DNA of 54,971 nt, filler included, from Sphacelaria rigidula (lineage: Eukaryota), in NCBI GenBank assembly GCA_964200075.2. It is 5 parts of 5 records of this genome, joined end to end, with 100 filler letters (N's around TTAATTAATTAA, not from the genome) between each part and the next. Parts side by side here need not be neighbours in the genome. Positions count along the whole stretch, not along the records: positions 11,016 to 21,929 come from CAXNAA020005686.1; positions 22,030 to 32,943 come from CAXNAA020005687.1; 3 more parts are not named here. The stretch is one strand, 5' to 3'. This document shows positions 12,395 to 23,429 of this stretch, one piece after another (the stretch's first letter is position 1; the number at the start of each line of letters is the position of its first letter). The position numbers and the translations under genes were made by a program. The notes beneath the pieces are model-generated. The model had not been told where the DNA came from. It saw nothing but the letters and a program-made list of their open reading frames with translations, and made no database searches.

Positions 12395-13670
12395 GGAAAC
12401 ATCTTGGGTAACGCGCGTCCACGGTGTCGCGTTTATTCCGGAGTTGGAGGAAGAGCCCGTGACACAGTGTTGAAGGCTTCTTGCTGGTCGACCTGCCTTC
12501 GGCTTCCCTCCAGCCATTACCCCACGCATGACGATGTTGGGAAGGCGTTCATCGTGCATTCACACAACGTGGCCGGCATGCAGGAGGATTCGTCTCATCA
12601 CAATAGCCTCAATGCACTCGCAGCTAGTACTTTCGAGGATCTCGTGGTGTGGTGGCACGTGGTGGTCGGGGGCGCTGCGGCTCGAGGTATGCTTGTTGAG
12701 GCAGCTCGGCAGGAATCCCCGGTGAGCCTCCCGTAACGCGCCGAAATTATCGTGTGGGATCATCCAGGTTAAGCAGCTGTATAGCATTACCCCGATCACC
12801 TCAGTCTTCAGGTGACGAATCTTGGTGGCCAGGGCGATCTTCAGGTTGTCGTATACCCCTCTGCTGTATTTGTAGAAGCACGTCCAAGCTTGGTCGATGC
12901 GGCTATGTATCTCAGGAATGACGCCGCCGATGCTGCTGATTTTCCCGCCAAGATGGACGAAATAATCCACTTGCTTGTGTCTTCAGCCCACCGCCTCCAC
13001 CTCGACCACACCCGTTTCCAAGTTCGGGCAGCGCATGTGCATCGTCACCGTCTTCTTTTCCGCCAAGACGAGGCCGAATGCATACTGCGGCGACAGTCGG
13101 TATCATATTTGCCAGGCTTACTTGAGATCGCGAGACGATGCCAGCGTCATCAGCGTATAGCATGGCCCAAAGCACTTTCTACGTTTGTCCCTCGTCGTGC
13201 CCCCCCTTTCAGTGATGCGGATGAAGTCCTGGCCACCGCTTCATTGATCGAGAAGCGATCGAACGGCACCGTCGGCACCGCCGCGAAGGAGATGTTGTAA
13301 CAAACCGGGGAGAAGCACACAGCCTTGGCGGAGGCTCAGGCTAATGTGAAACCACTTACACGTCTCGCCGCTGTCAAGATGTACGGATGCGCACATGCCG
13401 TCGTGGAACTGGCGTATGATTGATATAATCTTGGTGGGGATACCGTAGCGTGGTAGCACAATCAAGCGAAGAGAACGGTCCACTGAGTGCATTTTCGGGG
13501 GTCCATCAAGCACATGTACAGTGGAAGATCCTAATCTCTGGCCAGTTCTTGGAGTCTGTGCGCAATGTATATCATATCGACTGGCCACCGGCCGGGTTGG
13601 AAGCCACGTGGAGCTTCTGGGGGGATTTCCTTCCATTCGCAGTAGGCGCTGAGGCGAGTCGCAACGATCT
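12395..13670 (-). mobile_element. Decayed non-LTR retrotransposon (LINE, RTE-like) reverse transcriptase region
   Basis: Frameshifted RT motifs in order: KIVATRLSAYCE, IIRQFHDGM...LRQGCVL, LWAMLYADDAGIVSRS (YADD), FVHLGGKIS...EIHSRIDQAW, MLYSCLTW. Confidence 0.9.
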
Positions 13671-13674
13671 TCGT

Positions 13675-14308
13675 TCACATGTGTACCCTTTGAATGCTCA
13701 CGTGAACACCCTTTTTTGTGAAGTGGTGACCGTATCGCGGGCTCTGCAGAAGACACGCAGGACAGTCACAACTATACTCACTATTTTTGTGAAATTACAC
13801 CTCGCCAAAGAGGCCGACACCCAACGACCAAAAAATTGTAGCCCGCTGCTTGTTGGCCCGCAGTTCCTGAAGATCCGGCGATGCATGCACGGCGCGAACG
13901 GTTTTGTGCTGGACTTCAACATGATCCAAGGAACGTCTAAAAAGTCTTGCCGGTACACAAACACGCCCAGACGGCATCATGTGGCGTCATCATGTGGAGC
14001 ATGAGACCGCTGCGGGTACCGCAATTTCTCCACAAGACTTTCCGCACATGTCTCTTGGATCATTGTGAGCTCCGGCACAAAACCGTTCGCGCCCTGCATA
14101 CATCGTCGGATTTTCAGGGTCTGCGGGCCAACCAGCAGCGGGCTACATTTTCTCGGTGGCTGGGCTTCGGCCTTTTCGGGGAGGTGTAATTTCACAAGAA
14201 AACGGGTATCGTTGTGACCGCCCGGCGTATCTTCTGCGGAGCCCATGGTGCGGTCACCACTTTACAAAATGGGGATACATATGTGAGCATCAGAGGGTAC
14301 ACACGTGA
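13675..14308. repeat. Long fold-back inverted repeat (~275-bp arms, ~83-bp spacer)
   Basis: 13675-13949 is the diverged reverse complement of 14033-14308. The ORF track shows paired peptides (CSPLLVGPQ.LKIRRCM.GANGFV) on opposite strands. Confidence 0.9.
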
Positions 14309-14757
14309 TGTTGATATACTCTGAACATGTTGGTTCAAGCAGCACCGACTGCTTAACCAAACGTACAGGTAAGCCCGCAAAGCTCCAGCTCTCGAGATGG
14401 AAGTTGATCAAACAGAGATCTTGTGATGTTTTTGAATATTACGTCGAATAACAGTAGAGGGGAAAGAACACACACGCACATACTGACCACAGGGGGGCGA
14501 AAGGTGCGGGAGCGCATCCTTATCAGCTCCTTCGTAATCGTTGACAAATGTCCCTTATTTTATCCAACTGAGAACGCATAGTACGACACATGAAAACTCT
14601 ACGTTCCTACCTACTCAATCTGGGAATGAAAATGAGAAAACACCTGGAACTTTCCGAAGTCAATCTGAACGCCCACTGCATTTTCCTCCAATAATCTCGG
14701 AACAGTATCTTGCAGTCTACACTGTTTCCCATGAGTGAAATTATCACATGATCAACA
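14309..14757 (-). repeat. 3' LTR of copia element
   Basis: TGTTGATATACTCTGAA...CATGATCAACA; aligns with 18246-18676, with indels and substantial divergence. Confidence 0.88.
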
Positions 14758-15055
14758 CCCTCTTTGATTTTGCGCATTGGAAACTCGAACACAAGTTAAA
14801 ATTTCAAGCGTCACTCCCATCAAAAAATAAATGCGTGAGTTCTCACAAAAAATATACGTTTTCTCATCAAATTTGCAAATCGCACTAAGTTATGACCGAA
14901 GAACAGTCTGACCTCGGCTATGATACGAACATCATGATAATGCACAGTACCCCCTAATGAGACACTACGTAAAGGCTCGCGGCGGCAACTCACCCGAAAC
15001 GTTTATTGCTTGGTGTTGAGATTCACAAGGTCCGAGACTCTGGAGCAATCTCACT

Positions 15056-15546
15056 TCAGCTTTCAAAATTGCCAAACTTGATGTTCATCAAAACATTCCT
15101 GTGGGACCGGAAGTTGTCTACAGGTGGAGGTTTTGTCAGCACATCAGCATGCTGTTGAGCTATCGGGACACACTCCACTCGAATGACCTGCTCAGACGCC
15201 AACTCTCTCAAAACGTAATGACGTGTATCTATATGCCTTCTGTTGTGGGAGCTTTGCGGATTATTGGCGAGCTGAATGGCCCCCTGGTTATCCTCGTACA
15301 CTGTCACTGGGATGCAAGCACTCCTTCCTCTGCGATTGCATGAGCTTCAGCACCGCCTCCACAAAAAAATGCTTCATTCAGCACGTCTCCCATCGCTACA
15401 TACTCAGCCTGTGTCGTGGACAATGTTACACTCTTCCAAGTCAGAGAAAAAAAGCCGACCACAGCTCCAGAGAAAAAGATTGCCCCTCCCGACACGGAAC
15501 GCCTGTCGTCGAATTTCGCATAGTCGGCATCCGCATAAGCTACCAC
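15056..15546 (-). pseudogene. Copia RNase H remnant
   Basis: YADADYA..DDRRSVSGG, VTLSTTQAEYVA, YEDNQGAIQLANNP, RHIDTRHY, QHADVLTKP across frameshifts. Confidence 0.92.
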
Positions 15547-15559
15547 GTCGTCGCTCGAC

Positions 15560-16480
15560 CCCTGACGTACGTGATCCCTAAATCTACCGTAGTCTGCAGG
15601 TGTTGAAAAAAATTCAACACTCTGCGCCAGTCTTCTGCTGTCGGCTTCTCATTGTGCCTGGACGCAGCTCTCACGGCATCGGCAATGTCCGGGCGAGTCT
15701 AGGTAGAGAGCCACACCAGCGATCCCACCCCCTCGCGAGACCTCCTCCTAACATCTTCTCCCTGATCGACCTCGACAAAAGATGAAACATACGCGGGGGT
15801 CGCGCGGCGGTCCTAATGATGAATAGCCTGTCTAGAATCCGTTGGATATACGCAGTCTGGGACAACCTCATCGTGCCTGTCCTCGCACCCCGTATACGAG
15901 ACCAGTTCTCCAAGTTTTTTCGTCGGAAAGTGACGGTTGAGATCTGCAGTCAACTTTTTGCACACAGCCTCATCACCCACCACGAACATGCCATCGCATG
16001 GACCACAATCAGGACTTTAACCTCCTCCCCGTCCATCAACCTGTAGATGCACGGGTCGACCAAACTCTGCTCGAAGCCCAAACCTTTCAGAGTTTCTCCC
16101 AGCTTACCAAACCATTCTCTAGCCGCTTGTGGAATCCTGTACACACTTTTACTCATGTGTACGACAGTGCCTGACCGTTCACCTAGACTTGGTGACAACC
16201 GCATGTACAAGTCACCTTTCAGCTCAGATTGGACACAAGCTTGCTCAACGTCAAAGTGAAAAATGATATTTTCCCCAGCGCAAGCTACCGCCGCAGCTAC
16301 TCTGTTGGTTGTTGAGGGAGGGGTAGGTTAAGACGTTGAAATATCGCCAATCTCTTGACTGTAACCCCTAGACATCAGTCGAGCTTTTGCCTTTATCATA
16401 TAACCGTGCTCATCACTTTTCCACTCAAAAACCCACTTCGAATCAACAACAACTGTCCAAGTGTTGTCATGTTCCAATCC
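15560..16480 (-). pseudogene. Copia reverse transcriptase remnant
   Basis: KSVYRIPQAAREWF...GFEQSLVDPCIY and LSQTAYIQRILDR; many frameshifts. Confidence 0.88.
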
Positions 16481-16696
16481 TGCCACTTTTTTGCAGGAAA
16501 AAAAATCACGTCTAACTCAGAGACATGCACTACCGTGTTTATTCTGAAAGTCAGCCGATCATGAACACCAGCCGCTGATACCAACAAAACACGAGCCGTA
16601 TTCGAGGATAAATTTTATGTCCTTGAAAAAAGCAGGTAGTGTTAGCGGTACAGATCACAACCGCGCTCTTTGCCGGGAACAAGAGTTCTGCCCCTA

Positions 16697-17116
16697 AGGG
16701 TAAGAGTAGAGGGAGTGAGGATCAGTCGCAAAAATCCGCGACAGCACATAATAGCAAGGTTCAGGGTAAGGGCGGTGCAACTGGTGATACTAGTGGCAGT
16801 AATCCCACAAACACACAGAATGCTGGAGGGAAGAGAAATGCGGCATGTTTCGAATGCGGAAAAACCGGCCATTGCAAATCTAAATGCCCTGAACGTGTTT
16901 GTGAGGTATGCGTCGGCAAAGGACACTCAAACGAGTTTCACAAGATGGTCGCGATGTGTACGTATGACAGTTTTGTTGCGATGGAGACTTAGACTGGAGA
17001 ATACGTGTCTGCAGCTGAGAGTGTGCGAGATGACTGCTCAGTTCCAGATGACGGGGGAGACAAGATATCATCAGCTGATAGCGGAGCAACATGCCACATG
17101 ACTCCATCCACGCAGA
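16697..17116 (+). pseudogene. Inverted copia gag Zn knuckle and protease start
   Basis: CFECGKTGHCKSKC (CCHC) and ADSGATCHMTP lie on the + strand, opposite to the rest of the element, and are bounded by inverted copies 16584-16696 / 17117-17230. Confidence 0.88.
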
Positions 17117-18190
17117 TAGGGGCAGAACACTTGTTAGCCGCAAAGAGCGCGCGGTTGTGATTTGTACCGCGAACACTGCCTGCTTTCTTCAAGGACATGA
17201 ATGCATCCTTGACTACGGCTCGTGTTCTGTCACACAACAACGTTGGCTCAAAACGAAGCTGATCCCGAACAGTGGTGAACTCGGGAGGAAGGGAAGGTTA
17301 AAACTGGTCAACGACGATGTCACCCGAGATCTCCAATCCCAGAGATCGAGCACACGACTGTACTGACTGTATTTGGACCGAAAACTCATCTGTATCCTGA
17401 CCCTTACTGTACTTCAGGTACTTCAGCTCAGTCTCAGCGTCCATCTTTTCTCCTGAGTTTTTCGAGGGGACTATTGATCCAAAGCACGCCATGCTATGAA
17501 CGGAGATCTTGACTCGACAAGAATGTGCCGACCGACCATCCCTGACTGAGTTGATGATCAAAAGATACGCAAAACGTGCCCTCTTCACGTCGTCTGGGCT
17601 CACACCCATCCCACCCAATCTCAGTAACTCCTGTTCGTTCAGAGAGTCGATGCATATCGGGGGATTCCTGAATAAACTCTCGCCAAAACCATCTATCAAA
17701 ACGTCCTGTTCTACCTCACGCTTGAAACTCAACCACGCGTGGCCTTTGCTACTTTCGAGTGGCCGAATACTCCTCGTTTCATACCTCCTGCTGTCTAAAA
17801 TCGCGAGTAATGATGAGCCATGTGTTTTTACGTCATTTCGCACATCACAATCAATTTTTTCTGTGTTGTTAGGAAAACCTAAGCCTGTTAGCAGTCCTAA
17901 CGACGTACCAGGGGCGTGAATACCTGGCGAGCTTCAACGCGTTCCGCCTCCTCCCTTGGGTAACCGGATCGTACATCGGACCGCCCGCCGATTGGTGTCT
18001 CTACTGCTCCGAAGTCAGTCGGAGCAGCTTCCGGTTGTCGCGGTTTTCTGCCCACCGTCCTGGAAGCCCCGCCAGCTCTACTAGCTTTCCATCCAAAGAA
18101 ACTCTCAAAATCTTCAGACGACATCATTGCCGCCTCTGGAGGAACCTTCTGCTCCTCAACAATATCTCTTTTATTTCCTGCACGGCTCAT
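17117..18190 (-). pseudogene. Copia gag remnant
   Basis: Coding-like ORFs 17897-18190 and 17298-17843 (AWLSFKRE...ELKYLKYSKGQDTDEF) immediately inside the 5' LTR. Confidence 0.75.
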
Positions 18191-18245
18191 GGTACAGCCT
18201 GTCTAGCGTACTAGCCCTAGTCTACCGTAAGTACTTACGCCAGCG

Positions 18246-18676
18246 TGTTGGTATACTCTGAAGTTAATCAGGCAGAGATGTATTGACATTTTCATTATTA
18301 CATTGGATACCACCAGTAGAGAGGATAAAACACACAGACACACACACACACTTACCACAGAAGGGCGAGAGTTGCGGGGGCGCACCTTCATCAGCTCCTT
18401 CGTAAGCTATGGCAATGGCCCTTATTTCATCCAATCGAGAACGCATAGCCCATCTCAAGACTAATCCCGTACTTCCTATCTCGCTGAAGCGTATAGTACA
18501 AAACAAGAGAACTCTGCGTTCCTTTTTTCTAGTCAATTTGGGAACGAAAATGAGAAAAAAAAAACTGGAAGAACATTCCAAAGATCAGTCTGAACGTCCA
18601 CTATATTTTCCTCCGAAAATCTCGGAACAGTATTTTGCGGCCTACACTGCTTCCCATGAGTGAAACATGGTCGACA
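18246..18676 (-). repeat. 5' LTR of copia element
   Basis: TGTTGGTATACTCTGAAG...CATGGTCGACA, homologous to 14309-14757. Confidence 0.88.
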
Positions 18677-19034
18677 CGTCAGTATGAAAGTGTACATTCC
18701 TGAGCAGAAACGTGTATGGTACAATTTTTAGCAGAGTCAGGTGTACCCTCTTGGTTCATTGATAGAATAGGGTGCTCTAGCAGGCTCTCTTTTTCCGCGC
18801 CATACTTGACCCTAATGCCATGTACCAATAGCAAAATAGTTGGGCATGCTGCCCAGACACCTTTGGCGTGGGGCCGACGCGCTGGAACGTGTTTTCGAGA
18901 TTTTGAGCTCGCGTCCAGCGCCGGGCCTCAAACCGAAAAACGCAGTACCCTTTTTTGTTCCGAGAGCATGATAGTGTACCCTTTCTTGTCTATTCCCAAA
19001 AACATTCCCAGGTTATGTTCTGAAGGATACGAGT

Positions 19035-19385
19035 ATGTTCGGTAGGTTATGGAAATCTTACAGAACTTACAGAACTGCCGGGTACCGGTATGGAAGTCTT
19101 ACAAAACTCACAGAACCTGTCAGGTACGGTGTGGAGATTGTACAGAAATCCTTGGCCGCAACTTGGTATTTCTACCAGGGTATACTCGTGCCCCGGATAG
19201 GGGTGAGCATTTCATACATATGTCATAGAACCATCGGGTTCCGGTATGGGAGGTTACAGAACTCGCAGAGCTGTCGGGTACCGGTATGGGAGGCTTGCAG
19301 AACGAACATAACTGTCGGGTACGGGTAATACCAGGATAAACACCCCGGGTACACAAAAACTCGTACCTTACAAAACACTACCGTG
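19035..19385. repeat. Short internally repetitive element (ACAGAACT / GGGTACCGGTATGG motifs), MITE-like
   Basis: Several copies of TTACAGAACT(C/T)ACAGA and CGGGTAC(C/G)GGTA within 350 bp. Confidence 0.55.
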
Positions 19386-20385
19386 CACCCTTGTTGCGGC
19401 TGATTTTGTGTCACATTCCGTACCACCCCTTCAAAAACAACGCATGGTGTATCATGAGACGTGAACGCCCATAACTGTATCATAAAATCATAGGCCTGGT
19501 CCGTCGCAAGCTCATTAAAAAACCCTGACCCAGTATTAGCCACCATAGCGCACGAACCAGTCTATATGGGTGTATCCTGGGAAAAGCTAGCTGAGGATTT
19601 CATATATCGATAAATCAAGAGGTGTGGGAATCACCACATAGAAAGTACAAATTACCACAAGTGTCTATCAACGAATCACCTTCGCACATTGGCGACACCA
19701 GTGGGATCACGCGTACGCTCCACGTACAGAAGGTTCCGGGTCCAAATCCCGGATCCCACCAAAATGGTGGGAGCAAAACAAATGGTGGATACCCTCTTAA
19801 CCCTTTTGGGACCGGGCCCCCACTAACATAGGGCTGGCCTTGTGTAGTGGAACAATGAAAAATAAGTCTTCGAGCGACCTGCCCAATCACGGCGAGGCGA
19901 AATTTATCGACTAGATCGAACGACCAGCGCGGGGATTGTTGTCAAGTGTGATGCCACTGCAAAGATCGTGTGGAGGCCCTATCTCTGGCCCAGATAAGCC
20001 TCCCCAGGTTTTATGTTATTACTTGCATTCAGTATAGCGTTCCCGAGTTTTTCCGAGGTGTTTTTTGGGTCCCAATTCTATACTGAAACGTAGTAATTTA
20101 CACTAACACAGGGTAGACCGGAAAAAAAACGGGAAGGAGTGTGCATGCTACAATGTGGTCATTTTCACGAGGCGCAAGATCCAGGTGGGCTGTGGAAAGA
20201 CAAAAGGAGCTACCGTGATGAATTCTGCGTATTCCTCTACAGATGACTTGCAGTGTGCAGTTGTATGTAGTGGACGGGTATGACAAAGCTGTATATAGGC
20301 AGATGATTTCGGTAGCTGAGAATTGCCCAGAACGTGCAAGGGAGTATGCAGCGGCGGCTGCTTCTTCAGTCGAAGAGGCGTATTA

Positions 20386-20421
20386 CACTGTACTGTACTG
20401 CACTGTACTGTACTGTACTGT
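20386..20421. repeat. (ACTGT)n microsatellite
   Basis: About 7 copies of ACTGT. Confidence 0.9.
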
Positions 20422-21592
20422 ATACATGCGCGCCGCAACGCTGATACCCTTCCAAGAGAATTTTCCCCATGCAACAAGGGGGAAAATGGCGACCCACCCC
20501 GACCACAAAGGGCTGTGTGGCAAGGTGATGGGGACAAAAGTATCATCCAAAGCCACAGGTGGCGGACGGCCCGCCGGTCGCCGCATCCTGTTGGAAGCTC
20601 TCCATCGCGACCCATACTGCTTGCTACATCAGATGTGCATTACCTTATGCGCACCCTGCACCTGAATATAGATTTAATAAAACTTTCGGTCTTCGTCATA
20701 ACCCTGCGGTTACATGCGCGGATTTTCAGCGACACGCCACTGTTTCGTGCAGACACCAGACACGTCGTTCCTGACCAGCCTCATTGGTCGTTCTGGAGGC
20801 CCGGTCCCAAAAGGATCAAGCAGAGTTCAAAACTCACAGAAAATCTCCTGCGGCGGTTGTTGGTTGGATGACCCAACACACGTAGAAGATGTGGGAAGTA
20901 AAAGGCAAGATTGCAACCGCTAGCCAACGTAAAAAGTTACTCTTGCAAAACCTGCAAGAGGTTCATGAAAGGGGGAGTTATCACCACGAGCACACCGCTT
21001 GTTTTTTGTGCAGGACTTGTTTGTGGTGACGCATGCACAACTCGATCGGCCATGAAGGAGATTGTCCGCTGAGGCCGTATCGCGCATTATTCAAGAGCAA
21101 TTTTCTGTCTTTCCCACGTTTGAAACGAAGATGTATGTAGGTGATGTGCGCTAACAATTTTCGCCTCCCCGTGTTTCCTGTAACTTCTGGCCAGCGGATT
21201 GATGTCCGCTTTCATCACCAGACAAGCATGGTCCTCGAAATTGCACACCACAACTCGGTTGCTCCCTTGTTACATGTACGGACTGTGTCTGTGTACCCCT
21301 CGACAGAACTAACACGGTGCGGATGCAGAGTACTGCGGTAGCGATGGACACAATTGGGCAAGCCCAAGAGATCCTCCTCAGCGCCGCGGAAAACAGAAAC
21401 CAGGATCCCGATGCCGTCATTGAGGCCATCAGGTGAGCCTCGTCGCAGTAGGGCGTCGAGCTGGGTTTAGTTGGGCGGAAAACAAACGCGGTCGCGATAT
21501 TTTTCATGTGATGAATAATTTCTGATGAATGAATAATGAATAGTGATACACAGGCTGGGCCAGCTGACAGTGATTTTTAAATGTATTCTGGC

Positions 21593-21788
21593 GATGCTGT
21601 GGGTAATTTGAAGAGTTAGACTGAAATTTTGACACAACATTTGTATCATCATTACGCACAACATTTCTCGAGGTGCATTCGAAAAAAAAAGGAATACGGA
21701 TGCACCTCGGGAAATGTTGTGCGCACTGATAATAAACATGTTGTGTCAAAAATTCAGCGCCTAACTCTTCGAATTACCCACAGCATCC
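21593..21788. repeat. Fold-back palindrome (~90-bp arms, 15-bp A-rich loop)
   Basis: GATGCTGTGGGTAATTTGAAGAGTTAG...GAGGTGCATTCG pairs with CGGATGCACCTCGG...CTAACTCTTCGAATTACCCACAGCATC. Confidence 0.92.
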
Positions 21789-21800
21789 ACTTTTTTGTCT

Positions 21801-21871
21801 GGCACCCGGTGGTCAAACATGTAGAACCGCCTCTTATACAGAGGTCATGAGTTCAAATCCCGACACTACCA
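21801..21871 (+). pseudogene. tRNA-like sequence (tRNA pseudogene or SINE head)
   Basis: A-box-like TGGTCAAAC and B-box GTTCAAATCC at tRNA spacing, ending ...CTACCA followed by T-runs. The acceptor and T stems do not pair well. Confidence 0.5.
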
Positions 21872-21929
21872 TTTTGTTTTTGCGCATAATCTGGCATTTT
21901 TTTGTGCATCATTCCTCACGAGTTGCGAA

Positions 21930-22029
21930 NNNNNNNNNNNNNNNNNNNNNNNNNNNNNNNNNNNNNNNNNNNNTTAATTAATTAANNNNNNNNNNNNNNN
22001 NNNNNNNNNNNNNNNNNNNNNNNNNNNNN
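21930..22029. other. Artificial contig linker
   Basis: N44-TTAATTAATTAA-N44. Confidence 0.97.
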
Positions 22030-22345
22030 TTCTTAAATCCAGGGCCCCTTACAATAAGACCCCCGGCACCAATGACCACAGGCTTCTTCGCCGCTAATCT
22101 ACTGCTCCGCACACGAGGTGTTGGTACACAAGCAATGAGAGCGTGCTCATCTCCGCCTTCGCTGCCTACAGCGGCGGCAGCGAGTTGTACATGGGGAATC
22201 TGCGACAAATGTCTATGGCCTCATCATCGACCGTTGCTTCCCACGTGAGGTAGAAAAATGGGTACATCTCCGCCGCTTCTAGGTATAACTCCGCCTTTGC
22301 TTTACAAGTCTCCTTATCAGGCTCCAACATTTTCCTCAGTTGTCG

Positions 22346-22363
22346 TTAGGGTTAGGGTTAGGG
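22346..22363. repeat. Interstitial (TTAGGG)3
   Basis: TTAGGGTTAGGGTTAGGG. Confidence 0.9.
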
Positions 22364-23429
22364 CGTCCTCCGGAGTGTCGTTTATTTTATACTTCCCCCA
22401 GACGGCAATGTCCGGATAGGCGACGTCTTGGCCTTGTTTCGCGATCACGTGCAGCCTGTTGACTTAATCTAGACTCTAAAATTGTGACCAATTTGGATTG
22501 CACGCGCGGCGGAGGTAAATGCGCGAGACGCGGTTCCTGGTCACGTCGCGAAGAGAGGAAGCAATAATGTGTTATACACTCCAAGCATTCACTGTAGACG
22601 TATGAAAACGATGGTACGAGATCCCGCGACAAACCCCACCCCTCAGATTCTCAGCGATACACACCCTGCATGATCCCAAACGAAGGATTCGAAGCGCGAT
22701 ACGCATTCTGTCTGGCATGCCGTGCCAGTTTCCTTCGAAATCTCCGCGTCGCGACTAGAAGGGTGGGAAGTGACAAGACGTCCCCCGAGTGATGGCCTTC
22801 TCACACGCCCGTCCCATAATTTAGGGCACTGAAGGGCAATACGTTGTCTGGGTATAATGGTCGTTGTGACGGCTTTACAGATGGGTTCGTTACGAAGTTA
22901 GAGGGCAGACTCAGCCGACGTAAAGATAGAATAACGAGTTCTTTACTTGAGATGGGCCGAAATATACCCAAGCATCGCGCTTATTCTACTATTTCGAAGC
23001 ACTCGTAGAAGGTTTTGGCCGTTGTCGAGCCGAAACAGCGCTGGTTTTACCAGCAAGGTTTGTCAGTGAAGAAGGCAGTGGGATCCAACACATGGTAATA
23101 CGTAAAACCAGTGATTGATTCGCGATTGTGATTATCGTTCGTTGTTTTTTTAGAATGTTGCTTCTCTCTGGAGTTTAGAAAGGGGGGTGTGCGGCCATTT
23201 TCGGGCCTGGTTATTTGTTTTCATTCGTACGAACCGAGCACCGAATGAAGACAAAATATGTTTTCAACCGAAAATTGACCAAAAATATAAGACAAAGATC
23301 GGACCAAACTCCGGGCAAGGTGATGGGCCCGTACAGTTTAGGGTATCCTCTTGTATGGTACAGGGAAACTATATTTGACTCGCAATTGCGTCAAGAAATA
23401 TGCGAAAAGACAAAAACTGGTGCGTAGAT

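Larger units (their letters stand above)
14309..18676 (-). mobile_element. Ty1/copia LTR retrotransposon, decayed, integrase region not found
   Basis: Two TG...CA LTRs; TSD CGTGA (14304-14308) / CGTCA (18677-18681); purine tract AAAGAGGG before the 3' LTR; gag, Zn knuckle, DSGA protease, copia RT and RNase H remnants. Confidence 0.93.

Noticed and set aside
21801-21871. Functional tRNA gene
   Set aside because: The acceptor and T stems do not pair; kept only as tRNA-like.
11016-21929. Final kinase exon downstream of the first gap
   Set aside because: No subdomain XI (DP..RP) exon was found, and this is a different contig.
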